From assembly GCA_964016885.1 (NCBI GenBank), contig OZ024762.1, positions 10,354,001 to 10,418,000 on the forward strand: DNA of 64,000 nucleotides, in the 5' to 3' direction. The position numbers and the translations under genes are program-made. The stretch comes from Eledone cirrhosa. Taxonomy: Eukaryota. Under the pieces are notes generated by a model. The model was given only the letters and a program-made list of their open reading frames with translations, had not been told where the DNA came from and made no database searches. Positions 26,726 to 40,194 of the stretch are shown one piece after another (position 1 is the first letter of the stretch; each line of letters opens with the position of its first letter).

Positions 26726-28177
26726 AGTTTTATTTGCCGTATATACACACACATTGTTGAGACACAAAAGTAAGTTGCCATGTCTTTTAAAGAAACAAAA
26801 CTAAATATATACACGCAGCTACCTCTTCTAACTAAACATACATGTTACCCTCCTCTATTATGAAACAAAACTAACCATGATCTGTATATATACACACCTC
26901 TTCTAACATGTTACAACTAAATCTTCTCTCGATACTATATACATACTTGTAAGGAAATATAACCAAGCTTCCTCTCTATACACATTTTATCTTCTGTATA
27001 TAAACCTTATACCTGAATACACACACAGATATTCTATATACAAGAAGACACTTTTTCACGTAAATACACAAACACTTCAGGCATATTTATGTATTTGCCG
27101 TAAATTTATTCTAAACCATGTAGAGGAAGAATCCTGGGGACATACGTACACATGAAGCTATATTCATATATAAACGGTCTCCCTTCTATCATAACAGATA
27201 CTTATGAGGCGCAATATACAAACTTGTTCATACTGGAATAATAGACATGAAACTAAACCTTCTCTAGACATGAATATAGAAGCTAAACCATACAGTTATA
27301 TTTTATATCTAACGAAGCATGGTAGCTCCATTACTCTGCCGTAAGACTCCTTACTACTACTTCTAGCATCCTCACCTACTTGATAGCTACATCATCCATA
27401 TATAAACGTTCTTCACTAGATACAAAACTAAACCTTTATATATACACAACTAACCTATTTTATATTCCTAAGGAACAGCACCAGACCTGGAGACTACTAC
27501 AACCCTATCTCCAGAAAGAAAGGTAAATAAATTGTGAAATAAAAGAATAAACCAGTATTTTCCTTTGTTGCCTTATTATTTACTCCCTGTATATATACAC
27601 ACACACTAGACACCTCTTACACTGTAGGAAGACAAAAACCTTCTGTCACTGTATACTAGATTCATATTATATAAATTATTTCCTAGATACACACCTATTA
27701 GAAACAAGCCATCTCTATATACAGGTAAATAGCATCAATGTAGACATGTCTGTATATAAGAAACTGTATTCTATAGAATATATCTAAACCCACATTGTGT
27801 GTCTCTTTAAATTATACACGTGTATGTAGAAAGCTGGAAGTGAACATCATACATATATAAGATAAGAGGTTTTGATCTGTACATACATATCAATACATCC
27901 TCGCTAGATACTACACATACGTCTCTTAGGAAACTACTACTATTGTTCTTTTAGTTGTGTATAAGCATCTCATAGTAGAACGTGTACATGCTTCCTAAGA
28001 AGCAAGAGAGCTAACTGTTCTCCTCTAGACAGGCATACTCACCATATATAAAGCATATCTTCATTGTAAATTTAGAAGTTACACTACACAGATATAAAGA
28101 CAACAACCTACATACATATTAATACCCTTATATCTCTAGACTACTGTATTATATAAATATAGCTAAGGAATTAAAGA

Positions 28178-29176
28178 TGTATGTATGTGTATACATATGT
28201 ATGTATATATACGTATGTATGTACACATACATACGTATATATACAGACATACGTATGTATGTATATATACATACGTGTGTATACATACGTATGTAGATAT
28301 ACATACGTATATATATATATATACTTACGTATGTATGTATACATACATATATATGCATACGTATGTATGGATACATGCATACATATGTATGTATGCATGT
28401 ATCCATACATACGTATGTATGTATATATACATACGTATGTATAAATATATACATACATATGTATGTATACATACATATGTAGACATATACATACATTCGT
28501 ATGTATGTATACATAGACGTATGTATATATAGATACATGCATATGTATACATACGTACGTATGTATATATACATGTATATATACTTACGTATGTATGTGT
28601 ATATATGCATACGTATGTATATATACAGACATATGTATGTATATATACATATGTATGTATACATACGTATGTGTATGTATACATACGTATGTATGTATAT
28701 ATACATACGTATGTATATATATATATGTCTATATACATACGTATGTATGTATATATACATGTATGCATACATGTGTATGTATACATACATATGTATATAT
28801 ACATACACATGTATATATACATACGTATGTATATACATACGTATATATATACATACGTATGTATATACATACGTATATATATACATACGTAGGTATGTAT
28901 ATATACACGTCTGTATGTATGTATACATACATACGTATATGTACACATACATACATATGTATATATACATACGTACGTATATATACATACGTACGTATGT
29001 ATACATATATATATACATACGTATGTATATATATATGTATGTATACATGTATGTATACATACGTATGTGTATATACATATGTATATATATATACATACAT
29101 ACGTATGTATGTATATATACATATGTATGTATGTATATATATACATATGCATGTATGTATATATACATACGTATAT

Positions 29177-29208
<32 letters not shown>

Positions 29209-29242
29209 AGACATATGTATGTATATATATAAACATACATAT
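28178..29242. repeat. Complex (TATG/TACA/TACG)n microsatellite
   Basis: Direct reading; rearranged equivalent at about 56886-57878. Confidence 0.95.
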
Positions 29243-30619
29243 AGCTAAGGAGTTGAACTTTTTTCTCTAGATAGAGATAAGTATGTGTATTCTATAGGAT
29301 ACTATTACCTTAAAACCACCTGTATATATACACTTACTTCTATAGAATCCATACATATTAACACCCTTCTATCTCTAGGCATATGTATACAGACAGAAAG
29401 AAAGAAATGGCCTCACTATAATACTGCATTATATACACTACTTTCATGAAAGATGTTTCAAACTGAATTCATACTTCTATTCCTATATACATACTGGGAG
29501 AGATATAGAATACAAATTTATTCTATATACAGAAGGAAATAAACTTACGTATATATACACATTATAAATGTTTATAATATGAAACTTCTTTATTAATACC
29601 TCTATCCCTATATACTTACTGGTAAGTATGAGAGAGATATAGAATATCCACATAACCCTGTATATATAGATATTATAACCTCTTACAGGAGATATAGAAT
29701 ACCTATATACACAGAAAGAAATAAACTTGCTAGGATTACTGTATTATATATATATACATACAGTTTCCATTCTCAAAGAAACTTTTCTATAGCACCACAC
29801 TTACTTCTTTCAGTAAGAAGGATGTTTCTTACTGGGATTCTATAGTGTACATACACATTAATTAATCTATTCTATATATACACTTCTTTCAAGAAGGATG
29901 TTTCTCACTAATTACATAATAATTGAATTCTCTCGCATGTTAATACCTTTTTATCTCTAGGCATGTGTTTAACAATCCACTAGTTATATATACACAGCTG
30001 TTAATTCCTATATATTTAATATGAATGGAAGTTAAACGATCTACATGTAAGATACTACCTGTGTATATATATAAGAAACAAAAATGTGAAATAAAGATCA
30101 ATAAATAAACTACATTTTGTTGTTGGAGTTATTTTATTTCTTGAGACGACTGTGTGTATTTACACACCAAGTTGAGCTAGCGGAGATCTTCAACATACCT
30201 GGAAAGAAGCAGAGGGTATTAATAAAAACAATCCAGATTACACAGCTCTAACACCAATACTTTTCTAGAGGCAGAAATTAAACCTCTTTATCATGAACAG
30301 TTTAGTTTCTTAGGAGAGTGGGTATAGGGATGTGAAATACAGTTTCTTATATGCCTCTAGATAAGGTATTACTGTATATATGGGTTTTTTTAATTATAGA
30401 GAAGGATAGTAAATATAAGCCTTCTAGATGTTACAGAGGAGGCTCTACATACAAAAAGTAGATTCTTTGCTGTGTACACACAATATCTAGTAGTAAGTTT
30501 CTATATATATATAGAAGTGTATTATATACACACATGTGTACAATATTTATATAACAAGGCAGTGTATTCTATAAAAAACTGTATGTATGGGGAGTTTTTT
30601 TCCTCTATTGAGAAGGATA

Positions 30620-33590
30620 GTGCTGTGCTCCCGCAAAGGGTGCTCTACGCCTTGGCCGACCAGGCCCGAAACCCAGGTTAATTAGACTGTCGTTTTCAAA
30701 CTCAACTGAGGCACGTTCATACCTTGTAGCCTCTGATAAAGCTAGGCGTGAAAGTCGGATTGCTTTCCGAACACGCCCTGGTCTTCCACCTGATGTCCGC
30801 CCAAAGTTGCGTGCTGCAGCTTCCCTAAACCGCAGCTCGGTAGAACATGAAAGCTTCAGCCTACGAGATGTTGGGCAGATATGGAAGTTTGTTAAGGCTG
30901 GCGAATCATGGAAAAGAGACACCAGCTGGTCTGAAAACACGTTCGGTCAAATCTGTCGGCAATTCCTTGTGCTGATTTGAACCAATCACAGCAGGAAGTT
31001 TTTTTCTGCGATATACGTATGACCATGTCAACACTGCTACTTGGAGTCGTTTACCGTCCCCCAAATTACCATCAGGACACTCAACTTTGTGATATCCTCA
31101 GAGCTGCTGCCAGGAAGACAGCCACTTATGTTTTCATTGCAGGTGACTTCAATCAGCCTGAGATTGACTGGGAAACCTTTCGTTGGCCGCCAAGTGCAAA
31201 TGACTTCCTTGAGCTGGTGCTGGACTCGAGTTGGTCCCAGGTGGTCACCTCCCCAACGAGAGGTGACAACACTTTGGACCTACTCTTCACCACTACTCCT
31301 GAAACGGTCATTAGTGTTACTGCTGAGGAACCTTTAGGTGACTCTGATCATGCTATGATCATTGCCAATCTATCCCTCATGGGCAGTGACAAGAACCACA
31401 ACCATCTCCAAACTGCTCACTTTGACTGGAATAAAGCAGACTGGAACTGTTACTGCACCGAGTTGCAACGGCCAAACTGGCTTGAGTTCTACGACTCTGG
31501 AGATGTCAACACTGTACTCCAGAACATCCTGAGCTCAATATGGACAGCATGTGCAGCATCAGTGCCACGTAAGCGGAAAAAACATCCCAAAAGCGCAATT
31601 TGGGAGACTGCAGCAGTCTGTCTTGCCAGAAAAGAACGGCGCAATGCTGAACGTGAGTACAAACTTCACAAATCAGACATTAATAGGAAGAGGCGAAATA
31701 GATCGTCCAACCACCTCAAACAGGTGACAAAAAAGGCAGTGCTTCAATTTGAGCAGCGCATAGCAACCAGCCCTGACAGTAAGGTGTTCTGGAAGTATGT
31801 TCACTTAAAGCAGAGGCCTCACTCTCCAGTTGGTCCTCTTCGCAATCCCCACACAAGCCATGCGCAGAGCTCATTGCTGAATGCTATGCAGGCATTTTCA
31901 CTATTGAAGACCAGAGTGTACCATCTCCACCACCTATGACACCGGACTCTATTACAACCATGGAATTTACACCTGCAATGCTGCAACGTCACCTAAAAAA
32001 TAAACGCAGCCATGCCTCTCCTGGTCTTGATGGTGTTACGTACCTGCTTCTTAAACATGGTGGGCACTTCCTTCTACACCAGTTATCACGCTTCTTCCAA
32101 TTCTGTCTGAACAACGGTGCTACTCCAGAACAGTGGAAAACTGCCAGTGTCATTCCTCTGTTCAAAAATGGTGACCGCACATCACCTGTAAACTATCGTC
32201 CAGTCAGTCTTACTAGTTGCATCGCCAAACTGATGGAATCCTGTGTCAGAGAAACACTTTGGAACTTCTGGAGCTCTCACAGTCTTATCCGGCCCTCGCA
32301 ATTTGGATTTATCCCCAACTCCAGCTGCTGTGATCAACTTATAGAGTTTCTTGAGGACATCACCTGGATCACTGATGGCGGCTCATGGGTGGATGTTGTT
32401 TACCTTGACTTTGCGAAGGCCTTCAATTCTGTGCCACACAAAAGGCTTATGGCAAAACTCTTTGCAATGGGTGTGAAGGATGATCTTTTTAACTGGTTGA
32501 AGTCCTTCATTCTCAGTCGAAGAGAGGTAGTCGCGGTTCTGGGACAGCATTCCTCACCATATGAGATGTCATCTGGTGTACCACAGGGATCTGTTCTTGG
32601 CCCCCTCTTGTTTGTGGCATATATTAATGACATAGATGCCAACTTAAGGAATGCCACAGTACTAAAGTACACAGACGACATCAAGCTGTACCTTGAGATA
32701 AAAAGGACAGATCCTGAACACTATAGATCTTGCTTGCAGTCTGACCTGGACACAATACAACAATGGATCTCAGACTGGCAACTCAAGCTAGCTGTGGACA
32801 AGTGCACCACCATGCATTTTGGGAGTAAAAACCCAGCGTCCACATACTCCCTCCACAGCACTAATATCAAGAAGTCTTCCTGTGAACGTGACCTGGGCAT
32901 TACGGTCAGCAGCGATTTGCGTTGGACGAGGCACGTCTCTAAAGTTGTCAAGAGGGCCGAGGGTGTCTTAGCATCACTCAGCAAGACCTTTGTCAGCCGC
33001 TCTCCAGATATCTATTTAAGGCTGTATACAGGCTATGGTGCGACCACACTTAGAATTTGCATCACCAGTCTGGAACCCCTATCTTGCTCAGGACATTGAC
33101 CGCCTGGAAACTGTTCAGAGACGTGCAACCAAGCGAATACCCTCCATCAGGCATCTACCATACTCTGAGCGCCTTGCTTCCCTGGGCATGGATTCATTGA
33201 AGCTCCGACGCCTGGCAACTGACTTGGTAAACCCCCACAAAATTGTTAACCATGTTGCCAACAACAACCCTGAGTACCTTTTTGATTTCCATGTGTCTAA
33301 CACACGTGGACATGCCCACAAAGTAAGAAAACAGCACAGTTCCCATGACTTTCGGAAACATTTTTTCACGCTCAGAGTTGCTGAAGCATGGAACAAACTA
33401 CCTGCATCAGTTGTTAGCTGTCGAGACACTGCATCCTTTAAGGCCTCCAAGCTTCCCGAGATCCGCCAACACTACAGCTAACACATACACACATGTACTT
33501 CCCTGACATTTGTGTATTATTCTATGTACTATATTGACGAGTTGTAGTGCACCTGAGCACTTTACACAATAATTTCATTATTATTATAAT
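30620..33590 (+). mobile_element. CR1/L2-group LINE, 5'-truncated and frameshifted
   Basis: ORF1 end (RLGR..PRLIRLSF); APE endonuclease (VYRPP, GDFN, LDL, SDH); RT (NYRPVSLTS, YLDFAKAF, GVPQGSVLGP, YTDD); C-terminal FFTLRVAEAWNKLP; (ATT)n tail. Confidence 0.93.
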
Positions 33591-34214
33591 GTCTTCTACA
33601 TACAAAAAATAGATGCCTTGATAAAATATCCAGAGTTTTATGTAAGTATCCTCGGGAAAAGTAGTAGAGAAGAGTGTTTTAACTTTGCCTTGTGTGTATG
33701 TAGATGGTGCATATATACGATACTTCGAAGTAAGTGTGTTTATGTATAGAGAGAGGGTCTGTATTCTATATACTACAGTTTCTTATATAGCTCCGGATAC
33801 TGTGTATAATGAGGAGATATACCTTTCTTCTAAGTATATACAGAGAAGGTGTAATAGAGATACGATTATAATATAAATATATAGTTGATATGATGTGCAA
33901 GAGAGAATGCTGAGTTGGAGTAAAGGTGGTGATGCCGAGGTAACTCGACGTAGAAATTACGATGGTATAAGGTATAGAGAGGAAAGTAACATGTATGTTT
34001 AGTTAGAAGAGGTAGCTGCGTGTATATATTATTTGTTTTGTTTCTCGGAAGGAGGTTTAGTTCTGTGAAGAGTGTTTAGAATAAATTTAAAAGACATGGC
34101 AACTAAAACACTACAAGAATGTATTTATATTGAAGAATTAAATGTATGTATATTTCCAAGATAGTGAAATGTATTTTTGTGTCTCAATAATATTCGTGAG
34201 TGTGAATAAAACTT

Positions 34215-34600
34215 TACAAACCTCTTTACACGACCGTAAAATCCAAACCGGTATCGTTAATAGTCCCAGAGTAAGTAGAATGATGTTACCGCTTCAATAC
34301 ACTGAAAAGAAATGACAACAAAGTAAGAAGAGTTCCACAAACCGGAAGTAGTTCAATGTAAACAAAGGGCAAATAATTCAAATTAAGGGGAGATAACTCT
34401 CGTCAAATTGTTTGGCAAAATCTCATGCGAGGGGGAGAGCAGGCCAGCATAAAGCCAGCCTGCTGTGGTCCCGGCCGACCCCCGCAACGATTCGAACTTC
34501 AAACACATAGAATGGTCATGCCATACCGAAATACGACAGCGAAGCCAGAAGCGCCACGCACAAGTCGCAATTCTACAGAGTCAAATAGGCATACTTATAG
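34215..34600 (-). promoter_or_regulatory. CpG-rich promoter/first-exon-like module, copy C (inverted)
   Basis: Reverse complement of copy B within an inverted duplication (about 26037-26860 vs 33985-35278); donor-like GAG|GTTTGT at 34222/34221. Confidence 0.5.
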
Positions 34601-36504
34601 CTAACATTTTCTTTCTTTTTAAAAAAAAAAAAGAAACGGAAAGAAAGCGAGATAACACGACATATTCCGAGTGTTATCTCGTTTTCTTTCCGTTTCTCTT
34701 TCTATATAAATATAACGGGATATATAGCCATTAAGGAACTACTAGTATTTTGTACACATATAACGGGATATACACGAATAGAAGCCAGGGAATATGTAGA
34801 AAGGTGTTGACTTATATAGGGAGTCAATAGTTTAACCGTTTTCGCCAACTACAAATTCTACGTAAATAAGATTCGGATTTTTACCCATTTCTCAGACATA
34901 AGATAGGGAGGAGGGTCACCTTATATTCGAGTATTTTGTACATCTATTCTTGTTAGACTAGACTGGCATCATCATGGGTAGAGCCGACCAGGTGCTACTG
35001 CGTTGAACGAGAGTAAGGCTGTGGGCTGATGCGTCACTCTGTTGGAAACGTGGTGGTCCCATCTGATGTTTTAGATGGTCCTCAGGGCTCTGCTATCGAA
35101 GCTGTCAATCGTCTTTGTGAGGTGCCACATGTCTACAATTAATATGTAGTTAAATATACTTCAAGATGGTAACATAGCCTTAGACAGATCTATATATGTA
35201 ATAGTTAGTGTCGATTTGAGTAATCTTAAGACCATGATTCCAATCATCAATATATGTATTGATGAAACCTAAATATAGTCTGTTCTAGGCTTCTCACCAG
35301 TTTCTTTGGAATTAAGTGTCTGAGAGTATAGGACGCTGAGTGTACTGGAGAAATGTGAAATGGCTTTAAAGACTTACATACAGAACTTCCAAGCTGTGAG
35401 AGTTACATGTATGTATGTACCCGTAACTCCTGAGGGAGGCAACGCATTGACCTACAGTGTTTCTAGGGCTCTTTTAAAAACCTGGCAGAGCCCAGGTCTG
35501 AATACAGCGGATTTCTTCTAGAGAAGTATAGAGGAAGAATCAACCCCGAATGGATGAAAGGCAAAGTTGGCCTTGATGGGATTTGAATTCAGACAGCTGA
35601 AATGAAGGCATTCTATCTGTTACATTTATATATACATACTTTCTTTGTCTAATAAACAAAACTAAATCTTCTCTAAACACACACATAAAGTTACATTTAT
35701 ATAAACGTTCTTCTGTACAAAAACAAGGGTCAACTGAAAAGCTCATCGGCTGATTATGAAGGAGTGAAATCTTGCATGCATTAATTTCAACCCTCCTTAC
35801 TAATAACTGCATTGTTTCTTTCCATTTGGTCAGTCAGCCCTCTTACATAGATACTTCTGATTCTCTTTTTTACTAAGAAACAGAATTAAACCTTCTCTAC
35901 ACAGGAAAATACTACTGCCATCTTCAAAGGAATGTAAATAAACATCCTTATCTAGCGACGAACATGTGAAATAAACCAAACTTTTGCTTTTTCATTTCTT
36001 CTAAGAAACAAGACAGCTAACTCCAATAAGTGTGTATACAAAAAAAATGTCTACACACTTCAGGAAAAGCAAAATTTGTATAAATATATATTTAGCACCC
36101 ATCCACCATCTGAGTGAATCTCTTGGTCAGTGTCCAAGTCTCAGACCCGTACAGCAACACAGATGAATCTTCAAGTCTTTACGAAGGTCCGATCTCAAAC
36201 AGTGACAGGCTTTGCTCCAATGCTGAGGATGGCTCTGAACATTAATCAGTATACACTGAGGATGAAGAGCTCTGAGCTGTACAGGAGCCTCTCGAAAGTA
36301 ACACAGAGGAGATTGAGGTTAGCTGGACATGCTCACTGATATTCAGAGTTGATACTGCACTCAGTGGTCCTGTGGGAGCCCCTTCGCGGACAGAGGAAAT
36401 TTTACCCACCCTAGATATATACATACAAAAGATGAATTTCCATGTTGAGATATCTTGATTCAAGAAATGTATTATTGAATATATATTGAATAAATGTATT
36501 ATTG

Positions 36505-39056
36505 AATAAAGGTGGAGGAGCCAAATTAAGGCCAAAAAGCAGGCTTGGAAAGCATGGCGGGATGGGGGAAGTAGAGAAGACTATCAGGTAGCCAGGAGGG
36601 AAGCTAGGAGACAAGTGTACTTCGCAAGAAGGGAAGCAGAGGAAAGAAAGTTCAAGCATGTTCTACAACGTGAGGACCAAAAACGTGAGGTGTTCAGGAT
36701 TGCCAGGCAATGTGTCAAGGAAAACCGTGATATTGTCGGGGAGAAGTGTGTGCTTAACGATGATGGCATACTTGCCATCACCGACGCTGATAAGAAGGTA
36801 GCTTGGAAGTGTCACTACGAAAGGCTTCTAAATGAGGAGAACAAATGGGAGAAAGACAGTCTCCCCCACATCGACCCAATAGAGGGACCAGCAGTGTTAG
36901 TCCAGGGTAGTACAATAAGCAAGGCAATCAAAGATATGAAGACGGGTAAGGCGGCTGGTCCTTCGGAAATAGTTGCTGAGATGCTGAAGGCATCTGGTTC
37001 GGTGGGACACACCATGGTCACCCGGATAGTTAACCAAGTCGTACAGAATGGGGTTGTTCCGAAGGACTGGCGTAGCAGCATCATCGTTAACTGCTATAAG
37101 GGAAAAGGAGATGCCCTAGATAGGAGTAACTATAGAGGCATTAAATTAATCGACCAGGTCATGAAGGTCACGGAAAAAGTAATAGCGCAACTAATCAGAG
37201 AGAGAATTGATCTAGATGAAATGCAGTTCGGATTTGTGTCAGGCAAAAGTACCACAGACGCTCTTTTCATTGTACGACAACTACAGGAGAAGTACCTAGC
37301 TAAAAGTAAACCCCTATACTTAGCTTTCGTCGACTTGGAGAAAGCCTTCGACAGAGTCCCCCGTTCCATTATCTGGTGGTCTCTTAGAAAACTAGGTGTT
37401 GACGAATGGCTTGTGAGAGCTATACAAGCCATGTATAAAGAAACAGTCAGTAAGGTTAGAATTAACAACGAATATAGTGAAGAGTTTAGCGTAAAAGTTG
37501 GTGTCCATCAGGGCTCTGTTCTTAGCCCCCTACTATTTATTATTGCCCTTCAGGCTATAACAGAGGAGTTCAAGACCGGCTGCCCATGGGAACTCCTATA
37601 CGCAGATGATCTAACGCTCATAGCTGAATCAATGACCGAACTAGAGAAGAAATTCCAAACATGGAAGCACGGCCTAGAATCAAAAGGCCTTAAAATTAAC
37701 CTGGCTAAGACAAAAGTTCTAGTTTGTAGGAAAGAAAATATGGCAGCAGTCCCATCTGGGAAATGGCCATGCTCAGTGTGTAGGAAAGACGTAGGTAGAA
37801 ACTCCATTTTATGTCCCAAATGCAAAGTATGGGTGCATAAAAGATGTAGTGGGATCACAGGTAAGCTAACTAAGAACATAGATTTTACATGTGGCCGGTG
37901 CTCTGGTGCAATAAGTAGCAGCAAGTGCCCACAAATACTAGCTCCTTCAACTGCGCAGAGGGTTCTATAGAAATAGTGGACAGCTTCCGTTACCTGGGTG
38001 ACAAAATCAGCAGTGGGGGAGGGTGCTCTGAAAGTACAGTAGCTAGAGTCAGAACTGGATGGAAAAAGTTCAGAGAGCTTATACCACTATTAGCCGCTAG
38101 AGGGTTCTCCCTAAAAATGAAAGGCAGGTTATACGATGCCTGCATACGAACAGCAATGCTGCATGGCAGTGAGACCTGGGCATTGTGTGCAGAGGATATA
38201 TGCAGACTAGAGAGGAACGAAGCTTGCATGCTCTGCTGGATGTGCAATAGTAATATACGTGAACGGCAAAGCATAAACGAACTAAGGAAAAAATTAGAAA
38301 TAAGAGGGATCAGATGTTGTTTACTCGAGAGAAGGCTACGTTGGTACGGTCACGTGATGCGCATGAAAGACGACAGCTGTATAACAAAGTGCAGGGCAAT
38401 AAAGATAGACGGTAGCCACGGAGTAGGCAGACCCAGAAAAACATGGGACGAGCTGATAAATTCCGACCTCACACGCTTACACCTCTCCAAGACAATGTCA
38501 CTGGACTGAGACCTTTGGCGGTACTCAGTAATAGAGAAGACCCGCCTTACCTAAATACAAAGTAAAAACCTACTACAGTCAGTAGGCATCTCTATCAAAA
38601 CACCCCCCCGTCCCACCACCTCCACACCGCCCCTTTCAATGTACAGTTATGTTGGTCCCACAACATCCAGGCTGAAACAAATGAGATCGTGTAGGTGTCA
38701 CGACAAAAAAACACACAGTCCACGCTGTAAATGTGGCCGTGTAGGCAACACGGTAAAAACCTCCCAGCCCCACACTGTAAATGTGGTTGGTGTTAGGAAG
38801 GGCATCCAGCTGTAGAAAACCCGCCAGACAGTCCACGCTGTAATGTGGCCGTGTAGGCAACACGGTAAAAACCTCCCAGCCCCACACTGTAAATGTGGTT
38901 GGTGTTAGGAAGGGCATCCAACTGTAGAAAACCCGCCAGACAGTCCTATGCAAGCAAGACAACCACTCTTGCCTCAAGTGGGAAAACCCCTGTCCAAACC
39001 CATGCAAGCGTGGAACACGGACGCTAAACCTGATGATGATGATGATGATGATGATG
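36505..39056 (+). mobile_element. RTE-clade LINE, 5'-truncated, RT nearly intact with one frameshift
   Basis: ORFs 36615-37970 and 37925-38509: NYRGIKL, QFGF, AFVDLEKAFDRVP, GVHQGSVLSP, YADD, F.YLG, LHGSETW, RLRWYGH, GRPRKTW; 3' region ends in (ATG)n. Confidence 0.95.
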
Positions 39057-39205
39057 TATCTTTTCCCGAAGTGTGAATACATTTTATTGGCGGATTCTAT
39101 ATATATATATATACAAACAAAAGAGTAAACCTTTCAGCAACCAATATACCTTATGAAACATTTCAGCAAGTGACCTTGGAGTGAAAGGACTGGAGATCAG
39201 GAACT

Positions 39206-39309
39206 TATATATATATATGTACATATATATATATATATATATGTACATATATATATATATATATATGTACATATATATATATATATATATGTACATATAT
39301 ATATATATA

Positions 39310-39393
<84 letters not shown>

Positions 39394-39431
39394 TATATAT
39401 ATATATATGTACATATATATATATATATATA

Positions 39432-39467
<36 letters not shown>

Positions 39468-39569
39468 TATATATATATATGTACATATATATATATATAT
39501 ATGTACATATATATATATATATATATGTACATATATATATATATATATATGTACATATATATATATATA

Positions 39570-39611
<42 letters not shown>

Positions 39612-39703
39612 TATATATATGTACATATATATATATATATGTACATATATATATATGTACATATATATATATGTACATATATATATATATATATATATGT
39701 ACA

Positions 39704-39737
<34 letters not shown>

Positions 39738-39740
39738 CAT
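39206..39740. repeat. (TA)n tract punctuated by GTAC
   Basis: Direct reading. Confidence 0.95.
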
Positions 39741-40194
39741 GCAGAAGGAAGGGGCTGGCAAAATGCTATAATGAGGTGTGTTGTCTCCTTTTCGGGTTTA
39801 CCGGCTACATAGCCTATTCATATATTTTTATCTCTATTTCAACAGCTGATAGTAACTGTAGCCCTAGGAAAGCAGCTAATTGTATGGAAAAGCTTATGGC
39901 TGCTATGGAGGTTTTAATGGGTTCTATAAATAGGTAAGTATATATTTATAAGAATCTCACCATTTCAGAAAAGAACTGATTAAATATCAAAGTAACACAT
40001 TGAGTAGGGGATATTCATCTGCTATTTCTTCCTTCTTATATTATATTCACACAATAGCCCTTCGTCATGTGGTAATATTCTGTCCACCAGGGCCACAGGC
40101 TGGCCAGCGCGTGAGCCCTCATTTGTTAATAATAGTCTTGCTCTGGGTCTACCCCTTTGGTCTCCTGTTGGTTGATTTTACCCATGAAATCTGT

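Larger units (their letters stand above)
16416..35361 (+). repeat. Segmental duplication, copy 1
   Basis: Colinear and near-identical to about 42700-64000 (ORF pairs 17982/46711, 22348/51042, 31936/60551). Confidence 0.97.

Noticed and set aside
27271-27345. Short ORF after an acceptor-like site
   Set aside because: Only 24 codons, and the duplicate has an early stop
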